This document shows positions 50,601 through 61,230 of a DNA stretch of 64,000 nt, piece after piece (the first letter of the stretch is position 1; the number at the start of each line of letters is the position of its first letter). This DNA comes from Macrostomum lignano (taxonomy: Eukaryota). The translations under genes and the position numbers were made by a program. The stretch covers positions 132,528 to 196,527 of the forward strand of contig NIVC01001603.1 of NCBI GenBank assembly GCA_002269645.1. Direction: 5' to 3'. The notes below the pieces were generated by a model. The model saw only the letters and a program-made list of their open reading frames with translations, made no database searches and had not been told where the DNA came from.

Positions 50601-53600
50601 ATGAGTGAGTTCATGAGTGAGTTCATGAGTGAGTTCATGAGTGAGTTCATGAGTGAGTTCATGAGTGAGTTTATGAGTGATTTCATGAGTGAGTTCATGA
50701 GTGAGTTCATGAGTGAGTTCATGAGTGAGTTCATGAGTGAGTTCATGAGTGAGTTCATGAGTGAGATCATGAGTGAGTTCATGAGTGAGATCATGAGTGA
50801 GTTCATGAGTGAGTTCATGAGTGATTTAATGAGTGAGTTCATGAGTGAGTTCATGAGTGAGATCATGAGTGAGTTCATGAGTGAGTTCATGAGTGAGATC
50901 ATGAGTGATTTCATGAGTGAGTTCATGAGTGAGTTCATGAGTGAGTTCATGAGTGAGTTCATGAGTGAGATCATGAGTGAGTTCATGAGTGAGTTCATGA
51001 GTGAGTTCATGAGTGAGTTCATGAGTGAGATCATGAGTGATTTCATGAGTGAGATCATGAGTGATTTCATGAGTGAGTTCATGAGTGAGTTCATGAGTGA
51101 GTTCATGAGTGAGTTCATGAGTGAGTTCATGAGTGATTTCATGAGTGAGTTCATGAGTGATTTCATGAGTGAGTTCATGAGTGAGTTCATGAGTGAGTTC
51201 ATGAGTGATTTCATGAGTGAGATCATTAGTGAGATCATGAGTGAGTTCATGAGTGAGATCATCAGTGAGTTCATGATTAAACTTCAGACGGAATTGCACC
51301 CCTGCTTTAGCTCAGAAATCCATTTCATAATGAAAGATGCAAGAAAGAGCAGAGAAGTCAGCAAAGCAGAGAAAATGTGAATTAAGATTTTGAGTCGATC
51401 AGGCCCCGTAGGCTTTCTGGCTGGTTTATTTTCAGCCGTTGCACATGTCCCATGTCACACAGCTCAGTCTGTCCACCCAAAGCTCGGCTTTACAGTCAAT
51501 CTGTTTTTCCTCTCTCCGCGCAAGCCTTCAAAACTGGCAGAGCGCTGGGCCCAGATTATCAAATCCCTTTCTCCCCCGATGCCGAACTCTCTAATGCATC
51601 GCAGCGGCTACCAGCTCCCATACCGGATGAAGTCTACCCATTCCTGCTGCGCCTCGTGTCTCCCACTCTTACCGCGCCTCCCTCTTCCCCTCCAGCACTT
51701 TCCACTCGCTGTTTTTATTCTGGCGCCCGAATAGTAGCCCACTAGTATGGCAATATTTCCCAGCTCAACTGAAGCATAACACCAATCATATGTTCGAGCT
51801 GTTTATCTCGACATATTTATACTCCAGTCGGTCGCATGTGCAATTACATGGATTATATGGTACAGCGACAGAGAGAGTTAAGAGAGACTATCAGGTCATT
51901 GCGGCATTGGGACTGTGCAAGAGACTATTTCTACAGAATTGGGCCTAGAGATAACAGTTCGAAACTTCACAAACTCGAATCTTCACAAATTCGAAAATTC
52001 ACAAACTCAAATATTCAAAAACTCAAATATTCAAAAACCCGAATCTTCACGAACTCGAAGCTTCACAAACTCGAATCTTCACAAAACAGAATCTTCAAAA
52101 ACTCGAATCTTCACAAATTCGAAAATTCACAAACTCAAAATATTCGAAAACTCAAATATTCAAAAACTCGAATTTTCACAAACCCGAATCTTCACAAACC
52201 CGATTCTTCACAAACTCGAATCTTCACAAACTCGAATCTTCACCAACTCGAAGCTTCACAAACCCGAATCTTCACAAACTCGAATCTTCACAAACTCGAA
52301 GCTTCACAAACTCGAATCTTCACAAACCCGAATCTTCACAAAACCGAATCTTCACAAGTTCGAAAATTCACAAACTTGAATCTTCACAAACTCGAATCTT
52401 CACAAATTCGAATCTTCACAAATTCGAAGCTTCACAAACTCGAATCTTCACAAGCTCGAAAATTCACAAACTTGAATCTTCACAAACCCGAATCTTCACA
52501 AGCTCGAAAATTCACAAACTTGAATCTTCACAAACTCGAAAATTCACAAACTCGAATCTTGTAAACTCGAATCTTGTAAACTCGAATCTTCACGAACTCG
52601 AACCCTCACAAACTCGAATATTCACAAACCCGAATCTTCACAAACTCGAAGCTTCACAGGTTCGAATCTTCCTAAACTCTAATCTTAATAACCTGGAATC
52701 TAGATGCCCCGATACCTCATCACCTCGAAACTACATTGTCAAAAAGTATAGCTATTCGTCTGTCACTAAATTCGAAAATTCTATCTTTTAAATCCCCTCT
52801 TGACTTCTGAAAAGACGAAATCCGACTATTGCATAGCAAAAGCACTTTATAGCTCATAGTGGGGCAAATTAATCAAAGTTTATTTTCTTGTTTAGTATCT
52901 GTCTAACCTAAGTACGGAAAAGAAATTGATTGAATGATTGAATACACCTGAGATGTGCAACCGACAGCTCAGCCGCAGCTATTGCGCGGCGCATCTGAAG
53001 GCTGCGTACGGCTGTTCAGTCCAAGGACTGGGGGGTCGCCACACACACCCTCAATTACCCCAGCTAATGCTGGCACCATTTTCTGGCAAATGGAGGCAAT
53101 GCAGAAATCTAACTGGCTCTAATGATAATGTAAGTTTTATTGCAGTCTAGAAATCAGTTCATATGAATTCAACTGACTCTATGCCATAAATTTATAAAAG
53201 CTTATAAAAGATTGGCGCGTCCTCAATATTTTTATTCAAATTCCTGTGCCCTAATCTCAGCCTAGAGACGTCGGCACTTTATTGCATGCTCCCCTTCCTT
53301 CTACAGAATCTTAATGAACTTTGCACTTTATGGTCATCGAGAGCAATGATACAGCTGACACACAAAAGCAAAATACACTCACGTAAAATCCTACATGATT
53401 ACTTTCTGTAACTTGATTAAAGCAGCAGTAATCAGTGAATTATGTTCGTTTTATTTTAAGCTAATTGTTATCTAGATTGTATCAATAAATCCTTCTGATA
53501 TCAAACTTAGCGAACTTGTAAAAGATTTTCTCTTGAAAAACGATTCAAAAGCCTAGAAAAGTCGAAACCTTGTAAATTTAGCAAGAAAAACTCTATAGTG

Positions 53601-53764
53601 TACGAGCACCTTAGTCCCTAATGTTACTCGTAATCCTTCAATTATTAAAGCAACAATTTACGTGCAAATAACTCACCTTGAAGAGGTAATAGCATCAGAA
53701 GTCCAATGTTGATAAACATTAACAGAGGCATCAATCTTTTAGCTAAGCTGGAATTCGGTGACAT
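41624..53764 (-). CDS. Cys-loop ligand-gated ion channel, nicotinic alpha-type (vicinal Cys), alpha9/10-like but divergent; about 608 aa
   Basis: Exons on the minus strand: 53764-53677 (signal peptide MSPNSSLAKRLMPLLMFINIGLLMLLPLQ), 48082-47817 (or identical copy 48767-48502), 46700-46656, 46552-46443, 46225-46045 (Cys-loop CEFDIELFPFDSQIC), 45667-45307 (VCC, TM1, GEK-TM2), 44373-44122 (TM3), 42147-41624 (WQLVSLAADRLFF, TM4). Total 1827 nt, phases consistent. Confidence 0.93.
42235..42830. repeat. 30/31-bp minisatellite, receptor intron 7
   Basis: Unit gggtcctgacacctttctgagcatctcttt. Confidence 0.95.
43420..44050. repeat. 20-bp degenerate minisatellite, receptor intron 7
   Basis: Unit gacctctagaacccaatatc. 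Confidence 0.9.
44470..45226. repeat. 22-bp minisatellite with an internal orientation flip, receptor intron 6
   Basis: About 4 units of tagctatcaaagaggaattccc, then a ~45-bp spacer, then about 28 units of the reverse complement gggaattcctctttgatagcta. Confidence 0.9.
45775..45989 (+). mobile_element. CORE-SINE copy 4 (3'-truncated), antisense in receptor intron 5
   Basis: B-box ggttcgattct and intact CORE block; ends at gaacagccg. Confidence 0.88.
47689..49050. repeat. 685-bp direct tandem duplication containing receptor exon 2
   Basis: 47689 onward matches 48374 onward (paired ORFs offset by exactly 685). Exon sequence is identical; there is a 1-nt intronic indel. The junction lies in a ~35-bp aaatacccttcttgagatccaggatgttc repeat. 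Confidence 0.95.
49790..51275. repeat. 12-bp minisatellite (atgagtgagttc)n, receptor intron 1
   Basis: About 120 units. A 480-bp internal duplication is marked by the ttaat variant at about 50345 and 50825. Source of the MSEF/MNSL ORF artefacts. Confidence 0.97.
51560..51920 (+). mobile_element. Decayed non-LTR (LINE) reverse transcriptase fragment
   Basis: Broken frames give PIPDEVYPFLLRLVSPTLTAP (like GPDGIxPxLLKxxxxxLxxPL), VRAVYLDI (like VYLDxSKAFD) and TWIIWYSDR (like WIxxYLSxR). Confidence 0.5.
51960..52670. repeat. 16-bp degenerate minisatellite, receptor intron 1
   Basis: Unit cttcacaaactcgaat. Confidence 0.9.
52943..53082 (-). mobile_element. CORE-SINE copy 5 (3' half only)
   Basis: The reverse complement reads aaaatggtgccagcattagctggggtaattgaggg...gaacagccgtacgcagccttcagatgcgccgcgcaatagctgcggctgagctgtcgg, matching copies 1-4. 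Confidence 0.88.
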
Positions 53765-54144
53765 GTTAAACTTCTACCTGCAGTATGTTATAAGACTAAT
53801 ATTTATCGATTCTATGCAGAGCGACGCCACCAAAAAGCCTTTGTCAGTAAACTGGCGTCTCTTTGCAGTGCTTTTCCAGAGCGATCCTGTCTCTTTTTAC
53901 ATGTATCCTACTCCCAGTGGAGCAATTCATATACGCCCCACTATACATTTTATCCTACGCCCCTTCGATGCGCGTCTAGCGCCCTGGCGCACAATTTGTC
54001 CAGTCAGGGCAACTACGTTTACCCTGCGCCCTTTCGACAGTCGAATAAATAATAACGGGATATCCTATTTATTCTACTTATAGTAGGAAGTAAGTAAATA
54101 CCGGTATATGTATTCACGGGCCATACTAATGGATCCCAGCCTGC

Positions 54145-54330
54145 ACCCTGCTGCTCCCCCGCCCTGCTGCTCCCCGCCCTGCTGCTCCCCCGCCCTGCTG
54201 CTCCCCCGCCCTGCTGCTCCCCCGCCCTGCTGCTCCCCCGCCCTGCTGCTCCCCCGCCCTGCTGCTCCCCCGCCCTGCTGCTCCCCGCCCTGCTGCTCCC
54301 CCGCCCTGCTGCTCCCCGCCCTGCTGCTTC
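54145..54330. repeat. GC-rich 15/16-bp minisatellite
   Basis: Unit ccctgctgctccc(c)cg; G-rich on the minus strand. Confidence 0.9.
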
Positions 54331-54790
54331 AAATGAATTTTTATTTTAATGTTAACTGCAGCCTACAATTTCCTAAGATTCAAAGATAGTCATTATTAGA
54401 AAATCAGGTATAATATCAGAAATATAAAATGGACAATCGCTTTATTTTCCATACTAGAAACACTGCCACGATTCATGGTTAAGTAATACGTAAATTTGTA
54501 TTCACCTAATTTGTAAACGGAATTGTAGTTTTGCGATTTAAATCTGATATCATTTTGATATCTTACAGTTACAGTTACATTTTCTAAAGTGACTGTTCAT
54601 AATTAATAAAACTGAAAAGGGCTATGCTCCGTTAATAACATCAAGGAGCTAAGCTAAGAAGGTAGCGCATTTTAAAATGATTATTAAGATTAGCATCAGA
54701 TTTTAATGTTGAATAATGATATAAATAGAACACAGATGCCAAAAACGCATATTTAAATGTTACTATCTACCAATCCATATCAAAGCGAAG

Positions 54791-55347
54791 CAGGGGCGTA
54801 GCCAGGAATTTTGATTGGGGGGGGGCCGTGAGTTAGGGGGCGCCAGCTTCTTATAGGGGGGCGCCAGTTTCTTATAGGGGGGGGGCGCCAGTTTCTTTTA
54901 GGGGGGCGCCAGTTTCTTATAGGGGGGCGCCAGTTTCTTATAGGGGGGGCGCCAGTTTCTTTTAGGGGGGGCGCCAGTTTCTTTTAGGGGGGCGCCAGTT
55001 TCTTTTAGGGGGGCGCCAGTTTCTTATAGGGGGGGCGCCAGTTTCTTTTAGGGGGGGGGGCGCCAGTTTCTTTTAGAGGGGGGGCGCCAGTTTCTTTTAG
55101 AGGGGGAGCGCCAGTTTCTTTTAGAGGGGGGGCGCCAGTTTCTTTTAGGGGGGGGGGTGCCAGTTTCTTTTAGAGGGGGGGGCGCCAGTTTCTTTTAGGG
55201 GGGGGTGCCAGTTTCTTTTAGAGGGGGGGGCGCCAGTTTCTTTTAGGGGGGGGCGCCAGTTTCTTTTAGGGGGGGGGGGCGCCAAGGCCAGAGTTGGTGA
55301 TTGGGGGGGGGCCACGGCCCCCTTGCCCCCCTCTGACTACGCCCCTG
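54791..55347. mobile_element. hAT-type MITE with perfect 8-bp TSD and internal G-rich minisatellite
   Basis: TIRs caggggcgtag...ctacgcccctg; TSD AAGCGAAG at 54783-54790 and 55348-55355. Interior is (gggggg)cgccagtttcttttag repeats. Confidence 0.9.
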
Positions 55348-55390
55348 AAGCGAAGTGAAATTAAGGACAAAACATTATCTAACCCTGCTT

Positions 55391-58341
55391 TCACAGTCGA
55401 AACAATTTCTGTCTATTTCCTCTTAATTCATCCATCAAATTTTCTGCATCACTGTCGCTAGAGCTAGTGCAATTCTGGTCATCGTCCGGGACATTGTCGG
55501 CCTGCTGGGAATAGGCGAAGCGTTCAATCGACTGACGCTGATTCTTCTGTGACCCATGCCCACCTGCACCACATGCTGAACGCTTTCTGCTGTCCACCGG
55601 TGCTGCAGTTGCGCTAGACGCCTGGTGAGCAGTGGCGTGGATCCGATGTCGAGTTGGGGTTGCTGGTGTAGTGGCGGTAGCAGATACGGGATGCGATGAA
55701 AATGCACCAGCAGCTGGTGTCATTACCGTTGAAGCTGGAGAGACATATGCCGCTGCAGCCGCTGTAGATGTGCCCGCTGGGTCTCTGGCCAGGCTTGCTC
55801 GGTGACGCCGCTTTTTTAAACGGTCCGTACCGCGGTGCAACAGGTCTTTGCATATATCATGCACCTTAGCCGGTGTTGGCTTGGCTTCGTCCAAAGCATA
55901 TAAGCTCGTGATGGCATCTGCGTGTGTTATAGTTTTATAGATAGATTTAGGAAAAATTCCAACTCTTAAGGTATTAGATAATATTACATTTCTACTAACA
56001 GTAGCTGATTTAGGAGTCAGTTCATGTTTAAGTTTATTTTTCAGATTTACGAAAATTTGCAGCATGAAAATTCTGCGAAGTTATTTAAGAATTATTTGAA
56101 TGCCGCTTGAGTGGTCTCATAAAGCTCATGATATTGCATAATGAAATGATTCTCACCTTGAAAATAATTCAGGAGTATTACTTTAAAGCCCAGATGCTGA
56201 TCAGTCAAAGCTGTGTTAGCTCCTGCCAGACGAGCTCGACTCTGCATATCTCTTCCGTTGAAGTTGACAGCTGCCTGTAGGTCGGGAGTCAAACAGGAGT
56301 CCATCATCGTCCGAACTGTCTCTGACACTGTCGACCGCTTAGCGAGAAGAAGCAGAGTTTTCTATAATGACAGAAACAACGGATATGGTTGACAAGTAAT
56401 AGTTGAATCCGTGATTATCTGAGATTGTGTTGTCACTTGTCGTCAGGGAGAGTGCAAAGAGAATGAAACAGACGAGTCTAACATAGAGGGGTGCAGAAAT
56501 TGAAAAAAACGAGACAAAAATACGATAATTTAGCTAAATTGAGGTTGAGATTAAAATGAGGTAATTAATACGCTCGTAGAGGGGTGATATAAATATTGAG
56601 GACTAAACTTGAGTCTAAGATTAAAATCTGCTTGAAATATCTGGCTCAAAACTTACCATTTCTGAAAGCATCTCTGTTGGCTGCAACTCAACGAACTCCA
56701 CATACGCTTGCCAGCTACTGATGGGCCAGAACTGTGGTGAACGTGGAGCCGGTGCTGTCGACTGACGGTGCAGGTGCAGCTCTGCGCGAATTGACGCCAG
56801 TTCTTCTAGGCAGCGCTTTTGTTGGGCTTCCAATTTACTGTTTTTCACCATTTGTTCGCGGAGAAGTGACAGCTGCACGAAGAGGATTCCACGAATACTT
56901 TCTAAAGGAAAGTCGACCACCGACTGAATCTGCCGCTGAAGCACGTGTACCGGACTTGGCCCGAAGCCAAATACTGAAGGCTTTGGGACAGCTGAGATGT
57001 CTGCGGCTGCTGCCTCTTCGACCCATGGAGCCATCACTGCAGCTTCAATTATTGTGATTGCTTCCTCATCCGCTTCCACTTCCGCTGCCGCTTTCGCTTC
57101 CGCTGCCGCTTTCGCTTCCGCTGCCGCTTTTGCTTCCGCTGCCGCTTTCGCTTCCGCTGCCGCTTTCGCTTCCGCTGCCGCTTTCGCTTCCGCTGCCGCT
57201 TTCGCTTCCGCTGCCGCTTTTGCTTCCGCTGCCGCTTTCGCTTCCGCTGCCGCTTTTGCTTCCGCTGCCGCTTTCGCTTCCGCTGCCGCTTTCGCTTCCG
57301 CTGCCGCTTTCGCTTCCGCTGCCGCTTTCGCTTCCGCTGCCGCTTTCGCTTCCGCTGCCGCTTTCGCTTCCGCTGCCGCTTTCGCTTCCGCTGCCGCTTT
57401 CGCTTCCGCTGCCGCTTTTGCTTCCGCTGCCGCTTTCGCTTCCGCTTGCACTGCAGCGCTTTCCAAAAGCTCCGTCTGATTTCCGCCTGATATCAAGTGT
57501 GCAGGCAGCGGGCACAGCGTCGCTAATGTCTCAGGCAGTTGTTGATTTGGTAGCTGAAGTTGCGGGCGCCGCTTCTCAGTCGATCGGCCGTCCCAGAAGT
57601 GATCTGTGTCGGACGCAGAGCCACTGGACAGGTTCTGTGAAAATATTTAATTTGGATTCTGGTCTAAGTACATTCAAAGTGTATAATCTTCTAGTCTAAT
57701 TTGAATAAGCATAGTATTTCTCCTTCTTCTTCTCGAATTCATTAATCACTATTCACTGAGACATTCAGAAACACGAAGCTCACCCTTCCTTGATACAACC
57801 GACGGGCCTGGCGCTGATCGCTCTTGCAAAAAACTCGTGGAAGCACGAGAGCTAGAATATCCTTGAGCGTCTTTTTTTTCTTGATTAATTCTCGAGCAAA
57901 TGCAAGGGCTGGTGAATCCAAAGAGTCGTCTAACACAACCTAAAATGAAATATAATTAGGTCTATAATGCGTGTATAAATGAGCTCAATTACTGAACTTC
58001 AGCGACAGCTAGTAGTTAATGTCTGTACGCGCAGCAATTTGGTGAATTTTATTTTTTCAAATCGGCCCTAATCTCAATGTCAGTCGTAATTAAATCAATA
58101 ATTCGTTGATAACTTAAGCTTGTAACTATATAAAGTTATAAACAAAAAAGCTCACCTGGACAATAATTGCAGCAAAGTGCTGCCCTTCGTAGAGTGCCTT
58201 GCAGAACCATTTCTCAGTGCTATCTTTCAAAGCAAGCCACTCTGAGTCTGTCAAGTTTTCCAACTCTTCCGGGAGAATCAGATGCTCTTTGTTTGCCTCA
58301 ACAACCTGTCTATCAGCTTTGAAAATTACAATAAACTTCAT
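55391..58341 (-). CDS. Transposon-associated 5-exon gene (TnpA-like accessory protein) with C-terminal DUF4806/BEN-like domain, about 683 aa
   Basis: Exons 58341-58156, 57939-57784, 57634-56657, 56361-56157, 55917-55391. GT-AG, 2052 nt open. C-terminal pattern VRTMMDSCLTPDLQAAVNFNGR...FK...ICKDLLHRGTDRLKKRR resembles DUF4806 proteins found beside EnSpm-type transposases (domain call from memory). Confidence 0.72.
57070..57445 (-). repeat. Coding 18-bp repeat encoding (AEAKAA) about 20 times
   Basis: gcttccgctgccgcttt[c/t] units inside exon 3 of the accessory gene. Confidence 0.9.
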
Positions 58342-58691
58342 GATAACAAAAAAGTTTTTATATGCTATAGATGGATAGATATTTTATGAATTCGATGAGA
58401 ATTCTTACATCTAGCTAATATGATCTGATGCAAAGTGAAAAAAGCTCATTTGAGAAAATTTAAGCAAGGCTTCAGCTTCGAGAGGTTGGCACAGGGCGAT
58501 CTCATTGGTTCCGAGCATTGATAAACTCAGGAACCAATTTCTATTGGGTCTTACCAAATATCATGTATCTTCAACACATAATCGCATTCGACTTACCATA
58601 ACCTATCTTAACCTTTCCTACCCATCTTTTTACCTGATTTACCTACATACAATTAATAATCTACTACAGGTAAAAGCATCTTTCAAACAAA

Positions 58692-60653
58692 ATGTCTTCC
58701 AAGAAAAATTTGCAACGACTTGCAACAAAGCACTTGCTATCTTCATTTGTTGATAAAGAAAAGAGAGAGCAGGACAAGGTCACCACAGAGGCATCAAGCG
58801 GAGCGGAAGAACAACGGATGGACGTCGATGAAGGTGACCAGGAAGAGTTAAGTAATGTTGACTTTGATGAGATGGAGTGGAATCGTGATGCAGACGACAT
58901 CTCCGAAGATGACACCGAAGAAGAGGAGAGAGAGGAAGATAATCGGCCTTTAGAAGTAAAGCTAGAAGCATTGCTTCTTCTATTTCTCTCAACGTACAAT
59001 ATTTCTCGCAGCGCCATGGCTTTCCTTCTCGCCGGACTTCGAGAAATCGGCATTCCTGCTCCAAAATCTGTTTTCCGACTGGAACGGCTTCTGAAGAAAG
59101 AATTTCCTGTAGGGGAATTACTGGCCATGGGGGATGGACATTTTAAGTACATCTCAATACTCAATAATCTCCAACTATTAACTCGTCATGGGTTACTGCA
59201 ACTTGCGCCTGAAAATCTGCAGAAATCAAGTGGTTCAACAAAAGTGTACACATTTGAGGCCCACCTGAATAGTGACGGATGTCCTCTTTTCCGTGCGAGT
59301 CAATTTGGCTTGTGGCCATTATTAATGACAATTCCAAAAGCATTCGCTAAGCCATTTCCGGTGGCAATTTGGGCTGGTATAGGCAAGCCACCATTAAAAG
59401 AATATTTGCAAGAATTCTGCGCGGAGGCGACGATGTTCTTATCTGAACCCGTTAAAATCTCCGATGAGATAAGCATCATGCTCTCCGCTATTTACTTTAT
59501 ATGCGACACCCCTGCGCGCAACTTCCTAATGTGCACATCCGGTCACACATCTTACGTTGGTTGTCAATACTGTAGAGCCGTGGGTTCACGTGACGACAAC
59601 AGAGTTGTCTTTTCAACAACCATCGCCGAGAGTCGTTGTGGACAGATATATCGCGAAGGAGGTGAAAGCAATCAAGCTGAATCTAAAATATTGTCACCGC
59701 TGCTGCACTTGCCGAATATGGACTTCGCGAACTGGTTCCCACTCGATTTTCAGCATGCAATCTGTCTTGGAGCCGTGAGAAAAATTATGAACTTTTATTT
59801 TGGAAAAGGAGGCTGCAAACATTCTAGGAAAACAGTTAAACATCTGTCGGACTACATTGATGAAATTGCCTGCTGGACTCCAAGCAACTTTCAAAGAAGG
59901 CCACGGCGCATTGACAAGTGCTTGTCATTTCTGAAGGCAACTGAATTCAGACAGTATGTTTTGTATCTGGGTCCTGTACTTTTTAAGAGATACATACCAG
60001 AAAAACTTTACAAAAACTTCTTACTTTTGCACTTTGCCGTGTTCTGCTACTCATCCGAGAAGTACTCTGAACTTTGGTCTCAAGCAAAAAGTTGTATCGA
60101 AGTCTTTGTAGAGCAATTGTCCAAAATGTTTGGCAAAAAAGCTATCAGCTACAACATTCACGCTCTGCTTCATTTCGACTACTTTGTAAGGAAATTTGGT
60201 AATCTGAACAACTTTTCGACTTTTCCCTTTGAGAACTATCTTGGTTCCATAAAGAGGAAAATTAAAGTCACCAGGCATCCAGCTGCACATGCTGTTGTTC
60301 AAGCGCTCAAAGTTCGAAATTTGAATTTGAAGGATCATTGTCTCCCGCCCTTAAAGTACAGCACAAAGAAGGGTGACAACTGCTGCTTCGTTGGTTCGCA
60401 GTGTGTGCTAATTCAACACGTGACTATTAACGGCAAAGTGTCAGGTAGAATTCTGCGGCCTACTGAAAGCCTCTATACGTATCCATTCCCTTCGCTGCTT
60501 CTTGGAATTGGTGTATATCACCTGACATCCGAGATCACGACTGGACAACCAAGCCGCAAATGTTGGCTCCTACCCCATGCGACTTCGGCAGCAGCTGAGG
60601 GCGAGACAGTGGACTCATTCTATGTAATTCCACTAGCAGGGCACGATGAATAG
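58692..60653 (+). CDS. EnSpm/CACTA (CMC)-type DDE transposase, intact 653-aa ORF
   Basis: NSDGCPLF (D1), LWPLL, ICDTPAR (D2), GHTSYVGCQYC, PLDFQHAICLG, PSNFQRRPR, LKATEFRQ..LYLGP, SYNIHALLH, FPFENYLG (E). No stops or frameshifts. Confidence 0.9.
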   Translation: MSSKKNLQRLATKHLLSSFVDKEKREQDKVTTEASSGAEEQRMDVDEGDQEELSNVDFDEMEWNRDADDISEDDTEEEEREEDNRPLEVKLEALLLLFLSTYNISRSAMAFLLAGLREIGIPAPKSVFRLERLLKKEFPVGELLAMGDGHFKYISILNNLQLLTRHGLLQLAPENLQKSSGSTKVYTFEAHLNSDGCPLFRASQFGLWPLLMTIPKAFAKPFPVAIWAGIGKPPLKEYLQEFCAEATMFLSEPVKISDEISIMLSAIYFICDTPARNFLMCTSGHTSYVGCQYCRAVGSRDDNRVVFSTTIAESRCGQIYREGGESNQAESKILSPLLHLPNMDFANWFPLDFQHAICLGAVRKIMNFYFGKGGCKHSRKTVKHLSDYIDEIACWTPSNFQRRPRRIDKCLSFLKATEFRQYVLYLGPVLFKRYIPEKLYKNFLLLHFAVFCYSSEKYSELWSQAKSCIEVFVEQLSKMFGKKAISYNIHALLHFDYFVRKFGNLNNFSTFPFENYLGSIKRKIKVTRHPAAHAVVQALKVRNLNLKDHCLPPLKYSTKKGDNCCFVGSQCVLIQHVTINGKVSGRILRPTESLYTYPFPSLLLGIGVYHLTSEITTGQPSRKCWLLPHATSAAAEGETVDSFYVIPLAGHDE

Positions 60654-61109
60654 ATTTCTCAGGTAAATATAGTTCATTGGCCTTTCTACTTACTTGTGTC
60701 TGTGTTTTATCAATCAATTTAAATAAACACCTGTCAGTAAATTAAAAAAGTTCTAAATTATTATTTAATTATTTAATTAGATTCAATTATCGACTTTCAT
60801 TTCTAAAATAATTATGTTAACAGGATCGATAGCGTCATCGACATCTTCCGATTCGTCCTGCGCTGTGTCCCAGAGAAGATGAAGTAAAGCTGTGATTCCA
60901 TAAAGCAGCTAGAACAGCTGGAATTCCATAAAGACTGGAGAGGGCTGATAATAAGTAGAGCCATAAGTTTTCATGGAGTCTTGTGAAAGCCTTCACTTCC
61001 TATCCTATATACCAAAATGAGTCGTCTGTATGTACAGTATGTATGAATGTTATTTTTAAACCCCCATCTCGATCATTTGTAGAAGTCTGTGTCACTGTCA
61101 GTGTAACAC

Positions 61110-61230
61110 AAACACACACATATATATATATTATATATATATATATATATGTGTGTGTATATATATGTACATATATATATATAAAACATATATATATGTG
61201 TGTGTGTGTTTGTGTGTATATATATACTTG
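61110..61230. repeat. Mixed (AT)n/(GT)n microsatellite
   Basis: Direct reading. Confidence 0.85.

Noticed and set aside
49733-51380. MSEF/MNSL 500-aa ORFs
   Set aside because: 12-bp array lacking stops; no evidence of coding function.
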